This document shows positions 1 to 14,224 of a stretch of 64,000 bases of DNA, in pieces. The notes under the pieces were generated by a model, which saw only the letters and a program-made list of their open reading frames with translations, was not told the DNA's origin and searched no databases. Each line of letters begins with the position of its first letter. Position 1 is the first letter of the stretch. Both the position numbers and the translations under genes were made by a program. The DNA comes from the human T2T-CHM13v2.0 reference genome, Homo sapiens, in assembly GCF_009914755.1 (NCBI RefSeq), contig NC_060944.1; one strand, 5' to 3'.

Positions 1-86
1 TTACTTGTTTTGAAACTTGCTAAACACAAGGCAGACTTCTAGGTCCATATTTCTGTGTAGTAGATCTAAAAGCACACAATAAATAA

Positions 87-397
<311 letters not shown>

Positions 398-1239
398 TGT
401 TGTGAAGATTCTAAACCTGTCCCACTGAAGGATCACTTTGACAGTAGTTATCAGATCAGGTGACTTCTCTTTTCTTCTCTTCTGCCTTCCTAATATTTCC
501 CACGACACATGCTTACTTTGGCTTAAGGGATTGTTTAGGGGGATTGAGGTCAGTCAGGAGCAATAGAAAAATTGGTACACATGGTTTCTAAATAATTTGT
601 TTTAAGTATCAGCTTGCCTATTTTAAAGGGCCAAGTTTAAATCAATTAATTCAAGGTGTGGCTTAAAAATGTTTAGCCTTGAAGTGAGAGTGAGGAAGGG
701 TGTGGTGGAAAGCATTGGTTTGAAGGATCTGGCAGGCAGCCAGTCCACCTGGGCCTGACTCTGCCTTTTCCTTTCATTAGATGAGGACTGCACAGAACCA
801 GCCCGAGGACAGCTTTTACTGTAGTAGCTATTTATCAACAGATGGCAGAGAATAGAGCAGGTGAGGGATGGTCTGAGGATCCACTCCCAATTTCAGACCA
901 CCTGGAAGAGGGTGCTCAGCCTCTTGACCATTGGGATGGAGCAACATGAGTCTGCCCTGTCAAACATTAATTGCAGCCAGCCAATCAGGAGACCTGGATT
1001 CTGCCCCTGAGCTACTATGTGCCTTGGGACAACTGACTTAACCTCGAATCTGAGTTTTTGCAGCTGTAAAACGTAAATAATAATAACTCAGATAGGTGGT
1101 TTTATAGCATAACATCTTAATCCCAACTACATAAAAATATTAGAAAGATTATTTTATAAAATGATCATTTATAAAATAATTTTTATAAAATGATTTATAA
1201 AATGTAAAGTGCCTGAAAAAAGTTCTAACTGCTATATAT

Positions 1240-1800
1240 ATGTGTCCCCTGCTACTTAAACCCTTCAGGGGCAGCTCCCAATGTACTGGGAATAAAATTC
1301 AAATACCTCATGGTGGCCCAGAGACCACATATGATTGCATATCTGCCTCCCTCTGCAACCTCATCTTGTACTTTGTATTTTGGCTGCACTGGCTGTTTCT
1401 CCTTCCTTTGAACTGTTTCTTATTCTTGGATCTCTATAGGGTTGGCTGCTGCTTGTTACTCAGGTCTCTGCTCAAAATCTTTCACAGAGGCTCTGCCTGG
1501 CCAACAAAAGTAAAGTAGCATGCCCTATTATTACAATAATATATAATATACATGTTATATACTACATCATATCATATTGCCTCATTGTGTTAATATTTTC
1601 TTTATAGTATTTGTTGTTCTCTGAAATTATCTTCTTGTTTATGTTCAGCATGTCTTCACCCTAAACACTCAAACTAGAATGTAAACTCTGGCAGAGCAGG
1701 GGCCTTGTCTGTCTTGTTTATCCTACATCCCAGCACCTTGAACAGTGCTTGGCAAAGTGCACACCCTCAGAAAGTAATCATGATATGAATGAATAAATGA
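1240..1800 (+). mobile_element. L2 3' fragment
   Basis: Typical L2 3' end (tagaatgtaaactc...gcagggg...cagtgcttggca...tgaatgaataaatga). Confidence 0.65.
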
Positions 1801-1859
1801 CTATACCTGCGCAAGATGGAGGGTGATTTACTTTGGTTATGCCAAAGGGAAAAACTAAC

Positions 1860-2070
1860 AAATGCTAGGCTCTGATCACTTTATATATTAATTGTATATA
1901 GTCCCTTCAGTAGCCCTAGGGGAGGTGGTAAATCTTATTATGTAGATGAGGAAACAGGTTCAGGAGGTTGAGTAACTTGTCCAGGGTCACATGATTAGGG
2001 AGAATTCAAACCCAGGGCACCCCCTGACTTGGAAACTCACAGTCTTTCTAGTATATTAAACTGCCTCTCA
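1860..2070 (-). mobile_element. MIR
   Basis: Core agatgaggaaacagg...gtaacttgtccagggtcaca. Confidence 0.65.
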
Positions 2071-2176
2071 CAGATTCTGCAATGTTGGAAACGTTAAATC
2101 TTTTAGGATTTTTACGAGTTTGTTAAAAGCAAAAAGAATAAAATGAGTTTTATTCTTCTTTCTGTGGGGAACGTAG

Positions 2177-2389
<213 letters not shown>

Positions 2390-3919
2390 TAGTGTGGCTT
2401 TCCCTAAGGGTTTTCCACTTTCTTATAGTCAGCCTGGGCAACAGAGTGTAGCAAATGTTTACTCCTAATGGTAGAACTTAACATAAAATACAGGCCTTCC
2501 TCACAAGGCCCTGTGTAATCAGATCCCCACTGCTTTCCTCACTCTAAATATGGTGTTTCTTTGTTACTAGTCCCCATTGGCCAAAGCTGGCCTGTGAGTG
2601 ACTGCTTATTTGCTATCCTGTTCTAACCTAACATCTGGGCACAGGCCTGTGTAGCCATTTGTCCCTAGGGTGTGGGCTGTGTGTCCTGGAGCCTGTCTTT
2701 CTTGCCTTTCTTTCTTGACTTAATGTGCTGTTTTTGTATTCCAAGATCCCTGAGTCTTGCGGAGCCTCACATTGGGTTCCCCTTTTACTTCTGGTTCAGA
2801 GCATCTTTGCCAAGTGAAAATGGAAGGTCTGTCCGGAGACTCATTCATAGAAAACAAATAGTTGGTGAGCTCCTCCTCTGTGCTGTGCATCATGCTAGGC
2901 TCTGAGGGAACAGAAGGCAATTTTAATACTGTCTCAGCCTTTCTGGAGCTTTCTATCCAGCTTGAAGACAGCCTTACCTATAGACAGTGATGGACCCAGA
3001 GCTGCTCTTTCTCTGCACTTCTCTTCTGTGGGGAATGCTGCTGACATTTTCCCCAGTTGTCCAGACTCAATTTCCAAGTCATTGTTAATTCTCTTCTTTA
3101 TTCAGTATCCATCTGCATTCACTTAACCAGGCCCAGGGTTTTTTATTTTGTTTTGTTTCTTCTGGTGTGGCTGCCCCTAAAGAAGGTCCAGGGGTTTTAG
3201 CTCTGCCATTTGTCTCTTCTTTTCCTTTCTGGTTATTATTGTCCTTGTTCAGTCTTTGATGTTGATCTTTCTTTTAGCAGATGTTTGCAGAGCACCTGCT
3301 GTATGCTGGCCACGGTGCTAGAGCTTGGAGATCTGGGGCTAGTAACCATGGTCTGTGGCCACAGTGGCTGACAGTCTGGTGGTGGAGGTAGACCTCAAAA
3401 CAGATCAGCATATTATGGTATGATAGGGAGCCATAAAGAATCGGGAGCCTTGGAAGCAGAGAGCAGAGGCTTTTCCTTGGGCTGTTTTCCCTGCCCAGCA
3501 GATCTTCCTTATCTTTCAAATCCTCTCTCAGATGGCAGTTCCCTCATGAAGCTACCTTAGATGCCTTCTCCTAGAAGCTGGTGTTATCCTTCTGGGGATT
3601 TGGGGAGTACTTCACAACCAGGGTGTTGTTTGAGCCTGATCTTACTGGCAATACAGTCCTTATCTAGGCGAAGAGGTGATTGGGGAGATTCAATTTCAGC
3701 GCACCAGGCAGAGGGAATGGAAGGTACAAGTACTTGCAGGGAAGGAAGTGGGTTTGGAACATTCACAGAAGGGAGGGAATAGGCAGAACCCAGGGCCTGA
3801 GGACCAAGGGCAACCACTGAAGATGCTAAGAAGGAATGACTAGAGTGGAAAAGGGAGAGCCAGGACTGAAAGGGATTCTGACATGCAGAGAAGGTTTCAA
3901 GACATTTTTCTCTTCAAAA

Positions 3920-4455
3920 ATTATTTATTGGGGTGAAATTTACATAACACAACATTAAACACATTAAAGTGAACAATTTATTATATTCACAATGTTGTGT
4001 GACCACTGCCTCCATCTAGTTTCAGAACATTTCAGCCACTCCAGAATAAAATCCCTTATGCTTTAAGCAGTTTCTCCCCATTCTTTCTGGCTACCAGTCC
4101 CTGGAAATCACCAACCTGTGTTCTTCTCAATGGATTTCTCTCTTTTGGATATTTCATATAAAAAGTCATACAATATGTGACCTTTTGTGTCTGGCTTCTT
4201 TTAGCATAATGGTTTTGAGGCTTATCTACATTGTAGCATGTACTTCATTCCTTTTTATTACTGACTAATATTCTGTTGTATAGATAAACCACACTTTGTT
4301 TATTCATTTATTAGTTGTGGACATTTGGGCTGTTTTTGCCTTTTGGCTATTGTGAATAGTGCTGGTATGAACCTGCATGTACATGTACTTGAGTAGGTGT
4401 TTTTAATTCGTTTTGGCTATTACAGGGTTATATGTAATTTTGTTTAACTTTTAAG
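3920..4455 (-). mobile_element. Ancient L1 (L1M) 3' fragment
   Basis: L1M 3' UTR-like text (cattcacaatgttgtg..., ggctattgtgaatagtgctg). Confidence 0.7.
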
Positions 4456-6310
4456 GAGCTCAAGTTACTTTTAAAGAGGCCAGCATTATCTCATGTGCCA
4501 AGAAATCATGGACTAAAGATAGGCAGGTGGATTTGGGTGAAAAGTCACTGAATCCCTTTGCATGAGCAGTTTAGTGGAAGTGGGGTTGGGGAGGGCCCCT
4601 GACTGTAATGAGTGCATTGGTGTCCAGCCTCTAGGCCTCCACAGGAGCCTCCAGAAAGTATTGCTTTGAACAGGGTACCACCTGCTCAGACCCTCCACAT
4701 TTTCTCAAACCATCCAGGATTTTTCCTCAGCTTATCTTCTCCTACTAACCACTACAAATTGCTTCTCAGCTGAACTACTACACGACATGCTCTCTGCATG
4801 AGAAACGCTTAGATACCTTTTCCTTGAGCTGTTTCCTCTTTGCCCAACAGATCCTCCTTGTCCTTCAAATCCTCCCTCAAATGGCAACATGCAGCTTCCC
4901 TGGAGGCCTTCTTCCAGCCACCCTGCTTCCTCCTTCCCTGAGCCTCCATTTCTCTTTGGGAGGACCACTCCTTGGGACTTTTCCTATTTCTCCTTGAGGG
5001 TCAACTGTTTCTGGTCCAGGTCCCAGGCCCCTGCATATCACTGAAGCTTTTCAAGGGGATTGGCTGTGACTCCTACAGCTTCTGGCCCCATGCTTCACAC
5101 ACTTGAGTCCTCAGGAGAGCTTGCCTGTCATTGAACTTTTAGGAAACACCCACTTCCTGTGAGCTTTTCAGCAGGGTGGCCCTCTTATGTGTTAACTTTG
5201 TTTCTCCTTTGGTTAGTAGTGTGCTTGGAAAATGGGGTTATCCTATCAAGAAGCTGTACCCCAAATTCTCTTGAAACTAAAGGAAGTAGCTCATTTGGAA
5301 CTTCCTGCTGTTGGCCGTCATCCAGAACCTTCTAGTTAGACCCAATTTGTATCAATTAGTCCACAGAATATTGGTTGTCTGTTTTCTCAAAGAAAACCTT
5401 TCTGAAGTTTTTCGGGGATAGTGGTATTTCTTCATGGCACTTTTTTTTTTTTCCTCTAGTTAACTAAAGCTTTATGATCTAAATGGAAGTTGGGTCACCC
5501 TTGTATTGTTTAAGAAGGGTGTACATCAGTTACAATGTTGACTGATGTGGGAGGTTTTGGTGGGTGGAGCATTCTCTATATAATCCTTAAGCTTTCTGAA
5601 TATACATGAAAATGAGTTAATCTCTTCCTCTTTTTTCCCCACCCTTCCTGCCTAGCTTTTATAAAAAGGCCTTCTTCCAAAGTCTCTTCTCCTTCCCCCT
5701 CCCTTTCTGCCCTTCCTGTCTTGGGATCTCTGTGTCTTAGGATGCTTTTTCCTGTGTAAGGTCACCTCTTCTTCCTGGTAGGGCATGTAAACATTCATTT
5801 CTTGGTTTGGGGCAGCATTGGATTCTGGGAATGATATTGTGTACCTGGCTTGTTGATTTAAAAATTTGATTTGGACAATTTTTGCTCTTTATAAGATTTG
5901 GTCATTTGTTGTATTTTGGTGATTTATCTTGAAATTGTTCTTTGCTTGTATGTGAAGCTCTTGCTTCCTTGACTTATTCCAAACAGAGATGGTGGCAACT
6001 GGGAACTGATAGTGATTCAGCAAGTACTTGTTGGTTTGATTTAATGTTTTGCTGACAAAAAACATTAAAAAACAGAATTTTAGATAAAGTTTTATAAAGG
6101 TGTATTCAAATATATTTATCTAAGGCATTTTAAAAATAGAATGGTCTTTCCTAAGTATAAAAATAACTTTATATCATGGTATCATGTGCATCTGCTTCTA
6201 GAATCCTAGAGACCCTTGTTCAAGATAGAGAAGAAAATTTGTCCCTTGGCATAGTGATTGCATTTGATTGTGACATTTGGTCCCAAACAGTTCTGATTTC
6301 CTATCCTCAG

Positions 6311-6435
6311 AGGAAGCCTTTGACAAGTTGCCTCAGTCTACGGTTCCTGAGATGCAGCGTAGTAATTTGGCACCTGTCATCCTGCAGCTGAAAGCACTAG
6401 GAATTGACAATGTCCTCAGGTTCCACTTCATGTCG
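6311..6435 (+). CDS. DHX35: DHX35 coding exon: EEAFDKLPQSTVPEMQRSNLAPVILQLKALGIDNVLRFHFMS
   Basis: cctcag|AG acceptor, TCG|gtaagt donor; 125 nt, phase 1 to 0; PEMQRSNL is the conserved DEAH PEIxRxxL segment. Confidence 0.97.
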
Positions 6436-7365
6436 GTAAGTCCTGCCTGCTGTCTGGGGCCATAGGGAGGCTAGGGAGCTCACAGGGGGATGTCAGGACA
6501 TTGTCGTAGGGCATGCCATCTTTCCTTTTTTTCCCTACTCAGGTCATGTGTTGTGTGTCTGCTTTGCAACCAGGCCCTGTGCAGGACGTAGGGGAAGACA
6601 GCCAGACAAGGTAGCCTCAATTCCTATTCTTACATAGTTCCTGTTCTTGTCTGCTGGGGAATAGAGACAAGTAAGTGGGTAATTACAGAGCAGTGTGCCC
6701 AGGGCTCTGAGAGACAAAGGAAGGGCCTCCCAGGTGAAACCTGAAACCCAAATAGAATCTCACCAGGTTAGGAGTGGAGAGTTCCAGGACAGCTAGTCTT
6801 TGTAGAGGCCTAGATGCAGGAGTACCATGATTGGGGGATCCTTCCTGCAGCTTTAGATAGAGCTGCAGGAAGACCCTTGTGCCTGATTGCTTCCTGAGAT
6901 GATTTCTAGGAGTAGAATGACTGGGTCAAAGGGCCATTGTCCTGTTTAGGGTCCTGTTACATGGCCAGATTGCTTTACCAATGTCAACTCTAGCAGTGCC
7001 TGAATGCCCACCTTGTGGTACTTCCATTGTGCCATGTTATCTTCTTTGGGTTTGCTGATTTGATTGGCCAGAGAGAGGAAATCACCTTTATTATAATTAT
7101 TTTTAAATTTTTCATAAGATAGATTTTTATAAAAACATTTATTAGTCAGTTTTTATTTCTTCTGAGTTGTTAAGCTATTTATCTGTTAGAATTTGTGTCA
7201 GTTAGTGATTTTCAAGAGTCCTTTGAATATTAAAGACATTAATTTTTATAATATTTCTTACAAATATTTTCTATTTATATTTTACTGTTTTTTTTTTAAT
7301 GTGTGGACATTCTAAACATATTCACAGTAATCTATTTTTGCCTTTATGATTTCTTTGGCTATTCT

Positions 7366-7671
7366 TTTTTTCTTTCTTTATTTTCTGAGACAGTCTCACT
7401 CTGTAGCCCAGGCTGGAGTGCAGTGGTGCCATCTTGGCTCACTGCAACCTCTGCCTCCCAGGCTCAAGTGATTCTTGTGCTTCAGCCTCTTGAGTGGCTG
7501 GGATTACAGGTGTGTGCCACCACGCCTGGCTAATTTTTTATATTTTTAGTAGAGACAAGGTTTTGCCTTGTTGACCAGGCTGGTCTCAAACTCCTGAGCA
7601 GGTCAGGTGATCCACCCCGTCTGGGCCTCCCGAAGTGCTAGGATTATAGGCGTGAGCCACCACCCCCGGCC
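7366..7671 (-). mobile_element. Alu (J/S)
   Basis: Full dimer; TSD tctttgg(c/t)tattct. Confidence 0.9.
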
Positions 7672-7956
7672 TCTTTGGTTATTCTTGCCCTTATGAAGTA
7701 CTTCTTATATTTGGGTCAGTTAATACATATTCTCTCATATTTTCTTCTAGAATTTTTATGATTTGAGAACTTTGTTTTTTCCCAACTGTATATGATATGA
7801 CAAGTCTGGAAAGTCTGGATTCTTGGATAGTAAAGTCCCTAATGTCATATGTGATGGTAAACTAGGTGAATGAAAGAATAGAACATACAAATATCAACTC
7901 CCCCAAAGAAAATTGTGTACTTACCATAAGTATAGGGAAAATGGACCCTTTGATTA

Positions 7957-8407
<451 letters not shown>

Positions 8408-8564
8408 TTATATGCACATCATTTACAGTAAATATTCACTAAATAAAGCTAAAGGAAAAAAACAGCACAAATTCAAATTTCAACTATCATTAGGACATGT
8501 TGAGCTTCTCTAGGAGAGAGGTGACTGCACGTTGATATAGCTATAAAGGATGACTTTACACTAA

Positions 8565-8860
<296 letters not shown>

Positions 8861-10910
8861 TGACTTTACACTAATTAAATGATTGAGTATAAACAAAAAT
8901 GGTGAAATCGAAAACTGCCACAATTTGGGAAAGTAAATTCCTCCCATGTTATACCGTTTCTGTCCCCATGGAGGACTTTCTGACAACATTTAATGAGCCG
9001 TAGAAATGTCTGCTATTTCTTCTCATAAAAATTTCTCCTGAAAAAATAATTCAGAAGAAGAAAAAAAGCTTACATATGTGATAATGCTTATAGCATTTAT
9101 ATTACATTTAAAAATATAAATAATGAAAATTATCGTAAAACTTTTGGACAGTTGAAAAATGAAAAAAAAAATACAAATTTATCTTCACATATTTCCTTCT
9201 GGTTATTATCCCCTGAAATTGTGGTTTTTATGATTGAAATTACAGAGTACATATAATTTTGTATATTTAGCAATGTTATTTACAATGGTGAAAAACTGGA
9301 ACAATTTAATTGCCCAGCAATAAGAAAATTGACTTTTTTATGGAGTATGATTGTCATAGAGTATTATGCAGCCATCCCAAGTAGTTACTGTGAAGTTTGT
9401 ATGGGTGCAAGAAACAATGAAAACAGAAAAACATGTAGTGAGAAGACCACACTAAAACTATACATAAACAGTAATTCCAGATATGTTAAAACAGTGTTTC
9501 TGTATTATCCCAAATCAGTTGAGGTCACAGAGAAATACTAGTGAATGTGATTAGATGAAAATACTATGGATAAGATTTTTGTGGAGAGGGGGATAAGTTT
9601 TTTTTGTTAATTGACTGGAAATCGGGCCAGGAATTGAGTCAGAGCTGACCTTGTTAGCTTTTTCTGTAATTGTTAAAAGCCTAGTTCAGAGATTGCTATT
9701 CCTGTTACCTCATCCACTCTCAGTATAAAAGATCCCACAGGGTTTAAGCTCCTTCATTTAAGTGTTGCCCATTTTGCTTCTTTGTAGAGAAAGATGTTGT
9801 AAGCACCAAGGAAGGGCTAGTGGATCATTTACATGATTTGCTCAATGGTGATTTGTTGAATCCTCTCTGTGTAATGAATCCAATAGGTTTAGTTCCTGCC
9901 CTCGTGTGTTCACCTGTGTGTACGGTCACTACAACTTTTAAAAAAGTTTAACTTTGGTCTTTGGCAAACAAAGTAGGGAAGGTAGACTGGGAAAAATGAG
10001 GCCTGAGTTCAGCTTTGCCACCAACTGCCTATATGACCTTGTTCAGCTGTCTTTTCCTTATTGCAGTTCAGTTTCCTCATCTGTAAAACTGAGCTAAAAC
10101 AATGTGATGAATAAAATACATTTGTTATGTGAATGCATTTAGAAAAAAATGCTATGTGAATTTAGAAAAAATGCATTTAGAAAACATCCTATGCAGTTTA
10201 AAAATGTACTGTAATTTTATTACCTGGGTTATTAGAAACCACATAATTTAGAGAGAAAAAATATGATGCCTGGCACTTAGGTGCTCAGTCAAGATTTGTA
10301 GAAGGAAAGGAGGTAAAGATCTGGAAAATCAGACTGAGGCTCACTACATCAGCTTTGCTTATGAACTTTAAGGTCTCTAGAGCTATTATTTTTTGAAATT
10401 CAGATTCGACATATGTTGTAGTTTCCAGACAGGGATTAAGAAAAAACAAATTCAGCGTATGTTATTTACCCACCACGGGGCCTGGAGTGGGTCTATGGGG
10501 GATGCAAAGATAAATCATCCCCGAGCCCTGAGTGCTGCAGTGTCCTGGGGCCCCAGTGTGGTAGAAGGTTGAGTCTGTGAAGTAAAAATTAGAAATGTCT
10601 CAGGAGGGTTTAAGGAAAATGAAGAGGTAGTTTAAGATAGGGACCTATCACGTCTGATGGAGGGGAGGATGAGGGAGCACTTCAAAGGGAAATGTTTCAT
10701 CAAGCTGAGCCTTAAAGGCCAAGCAGTACAAGGGTGCCTAGAAGGACAGGAAGGACATTTCAAGAGGTGCCAACAGCAAGAACAGAAACATGGAGGCTGG
10801 GAAGAATGGGGCATGTTAGAGGGGAGAATGGATTTGAAAAGGAAACAGCCACATTTTAATGTTTGTTGCCCAAATAAATTGATTCAGGAAGATTTTTATG
10901 TTTTTTCCAG

Positions 10911-10965
10911 CCCCCTCCAGCACAGTCGATGGTTCAAGCCTTGGAGTTACTGTATGCTCTGGGAG
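10911..10965 (+). CDS. DHX35: DHX35 coding exon: PPPAQSMVQALELLYALG (winged helix / start of HA2)
   Basis: ttttttccag|CCC acceptor, GGAG|gtatgc donor; 55 nt, phase 0 to 1. Confidence 0.95.
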
Positions 10966-11454
10966 GTATGCCAGTTTCTCTCATCATTCTCTCTTATTAT
11001 GTGTTGTCTTTTGTGATATTAGTGAGGTCATATTCACTTTAGGGATCTTAGTATCTTCAGGAATGGGATTGGTTCTCCCCATATATATAATCCCCCTAAT
11101 GATACTTTATTGAAATAGGAAGTTGGGACCATAATTAGACACATGAAAGCTAATTATGACAGCCAGTATATAAAACATGCCAGTTCGTCAGAAGCTATTA
11201 GTAAGAATCACCAGGGCTACACTCCTAAGAGATGTCTAGAGATCAGCAGTTCCCTACCAGGATGTCAGATCTTACCTCCCCAGACCTTTTTTCTCCACCC
11301 AACAACCACATCCTTAAAAATCGTGGCTCAGTATTCTCTCCCTAAATCCTCTTCATTTCATTCCTGGAGTTGCTTGTGGAGAATTGGGGACATTATCAGC
11401 TTCTAACACCATGTTACGGGGGAACTTCTATTCAGTTGTCGATTGAAGATGTTA

Positions 11455-11535
11455 TTAGGTTGGTGCAAAAATAATTGTGGTTTTTGCCATTGAAAGTAAT
11501 GGCAAAACCCGCAATTGCTTTTGTCCCAACCTTAA
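11455..11535. mobile_element. MADE1 (Hsmar1-derived mariner MITE)
   Basis: ~37-bp TIRs (ttaggttggtgcaaaa...gccatt / aatggc...ccaaccttaa) around a 6-bp spacer, flanked by TA. Confidence 0.92.
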
Positions 11536-11699
11536 TAGCGTTTATCTTGACATAGAGAAAATCATAGTCTGAATTCACCGCTTTGGGGAGTACTGTTTCT
11601 TCTGTGATTGGTACCACAAATGAATATAATTTCCAATTTTGAATTAAGTTTTAGTGGAGATTTTGCTTTTTGAGATTTATTTTGAGTGTTACTTTTTTT

Positions 11700-13260
11700 T
11701 TAAGTAGCTGTATTGAAGTATAGTTTATGTACTATACAATTCACTCGTTTACAGTGTACAAATTCAGAGGCTTTTAGCATATTTTCAGGGTTGTGCAACC
11801 ATCACCACAGTCTAATTGTAGAGCATATTCATCACCCAAAAAAGAAATCTTTACCCATTAGCGCCGAACTTCTCATTCTCTTTCCCCCTAGTCCCCCAGC
11901 CCAAGGCAACCACTCTCTGGTTCAGTCTCTATAGAGAGTTTTTATCTCTATAGGTGTGCCTTTTCTGGACATTTCATGTAAATGGAATTGTATAATATGT
12001 GGTCTTTTGTGATTGGCTTCTGTTTCAGTCTGTCTGCTGTTGCTATAACAGAATGCCAGAGGCTGGGTAATTTCTAAAGAGGTTTATTTGGGTCACGATT
12101 CAGGTGGCTGAAAGCTCCAAGATTAGGCAGCTGTATTTGAGGAGGGCCTCAGCCTGCTTCCACTCAAGGTGGAAAGCAAAAGGAGAGTGGGCGGGTGCAG
12201 AGATCACATGGCAAGAGAGGAAGCCAGGAAGAGAAACAGAGGAAGCCAGGCTCTTTTAAGAACCTGCTGTCATGGGAACTAATCCATTACTCACCCTGGG
12301 TAAGGGCATTAATCTGTTCATGAGGGATCACCCTCATGACCCATACACTTCCCAGTAGGCCCCATCTCCCAACACTGTCACGTTGGGGATCAAATTTCAA
12401 CATGAGCTTTGGTGGGGACAAACTACATCCAAACCATAGCAGCTTCTTTCATTTAGTATCATGTTTCACAGGTTCCTTCATGTTGTAACGTATATTCATA
12501 CCTTATCCCCTTTTATCGCTGAATAATATTCTGTTGTATGGATATACCACATATTTTTTATCCATTCATTAGTTGATAGACATTTGGGTTGTTTCCACTT
12601 TTTGGCTGATATAAATAATGCTGCTATAAATATTAGCATATAAATGTGGTTTTGGTGGACATTCCCACCAGCAATGTATGAGAGTTCCAGTTTTTCCACA
12701 TTGTTGCCAATGCTTGTAATTGTCTTTTGTGTTATAGCCATCCTAGTGGGTGTGAAATGGTATCTCTTGGTTTTGATTTGCGTTTCCCTGATGAGTCATG
12801 ATGTTGAGCACCTTTTCGTGTGCTTGCTGCCCATTTGTAAATCTTCTTTGGAGAAAAGTCTGTTCAAATCCTTTGCCCATTTTTATGTGTGCTGTTGTCT
12901 TTTTTTTTTTTTTTTTTTAAATTGAGTTGAAGTTCTTCATACATTCTGGGCACATATTCTTATCAGATATGTGGTTTGTAAATATTTCTCCCATTTTTGT
13001 GTTTTGGCTTTTTACTTACATGTACTTACTTTTTACTTATTAGTATTGTTTGCAGTACAAAAATTTTAAGTTTTTGTGTGGTTCCATTTATCTGTATTTT
13101 TCTTTTGTTACGTGTGCCCTTGGTGTCATGTCTAAGAAACTTGCCTAACTTGTAGTCATTAAGATATTCTCCTAGGTTTTATAGTTTTGGCCCTTACATT
13201 AGGTCTGATCCATTTTAAGTTACTTTTTTGGTATGGAGTGAGGTAGGGGTCCATCTTCAT
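11700..13260 (-). mobile_element. L1M (L1MB-like) fragment interrupted by an MST LTR
   Basis: The minus-strand ORF 12496-12741 resembles the L1 ORF2 C-terminus (IAALF..AKKWKQPKC..EWI..MWYIHTTEYYSAIK). Confidence 0.8.
12021..12441 (-). mobile_element. MST-family MaLR solo LTR
   Basis: TG...CA ends, 5-bp TSD GCTTC (12016-12020 / 12442-12446), MST-like body. Confidence 0.85.
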
Positions 13261-13901
13261 TCATTATGTTGATTTTACTTCTCTGTGAATAGCCAATTAC
13301 TGATTTAAAAGATCTCCAGTGATTTAAAAGACCTTCAGCTGGATTTACATAAGATCAGCCTGGAGTGAATGTGTGTTGGAGAAGGTTTCCACCCCCTCTT
13401 CTCAAGCATGTAATAGGAACTCGAAAGCACATTTCCTGGGCTGATCTGTAGTGAGGATGAGAGAATGTTGACAGCATAGGAGTTTTTATTTGGGCTGGTT
13501 TTTCTCCAGTCAAACAGAATGAAATTTAAGATATTTCCTATTTCTTCAATACCCTAAATAAGCTGGAAAAGATAGAGGGACCCCCCGCCTCCCCCCGCCA
13601 GCTTCATTTGATTTCAAGCTGAATTACCACCTTTAAAGAGATGTCTTACTGAGCTCTGCCTTACTGTGAGATCTTGCAGCGTTTAAGTAGTAAAACAGTA
13701 GTCTATATCTTGGGAATCCAATACCTGGATATTGGCAAGGTATTGCCAATAGAGGGCAAGAAGGGCAGGTGGGGAGTTGAAAGAGTCAGCCCAGTTCAGC
13801 AAAATGTTCAGGAGGCAGTTGCATGAACAGGGCTGGTGTTGGCACCAGAGGGATCTGGGTTAGTGTTTAGATTCCAAGTTGCTGGCCCTGTAGTTGCTCA
13901 T

Positions 13902-14224
13902 TGTTGTTCTCATTGTGGCTAATAAAGAGATACTCAAGACCGGGTAATTTATAAAGGAAAGGTTTAATGGACTCACAGTTCCACATGGCTGGGGAGGCCT
14001 CACAGTCATGGAAGAGCAAAGGCATGTCTTATATGGCAGCAGGCAAGAGAACTTGTGCAGGGGAACTCCCATTTACAAAGCTATCAGATCTTGTGAGACT
14101 TATTATCACGATAACAGTATGGGGGAGACTGCCCCTGTGATTCAGTTACCTCCACTCGGCCCCGCCCTTGACATGTTTACAATTCAAGGTGAGATTTGGG
14201 TGGGAACACAGCCAAACCATATCA
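13902..14224 (-). mobile_element. THE1-family MaLR solo LTR
   Basis: TG...CA ends, 5-bp TSD CTCAT, THE1 hallmarks (ggactcacagttccacatggctggggaggcctcac; acacagccaaaccatatca). Confidence 0.9.

Noticed and set aside
12496-12741. ORF resembling the L1 ORF2 C-terminus
   Set aside because: Short, degenerate fragment of an ancient L1; no intact retrotransposon
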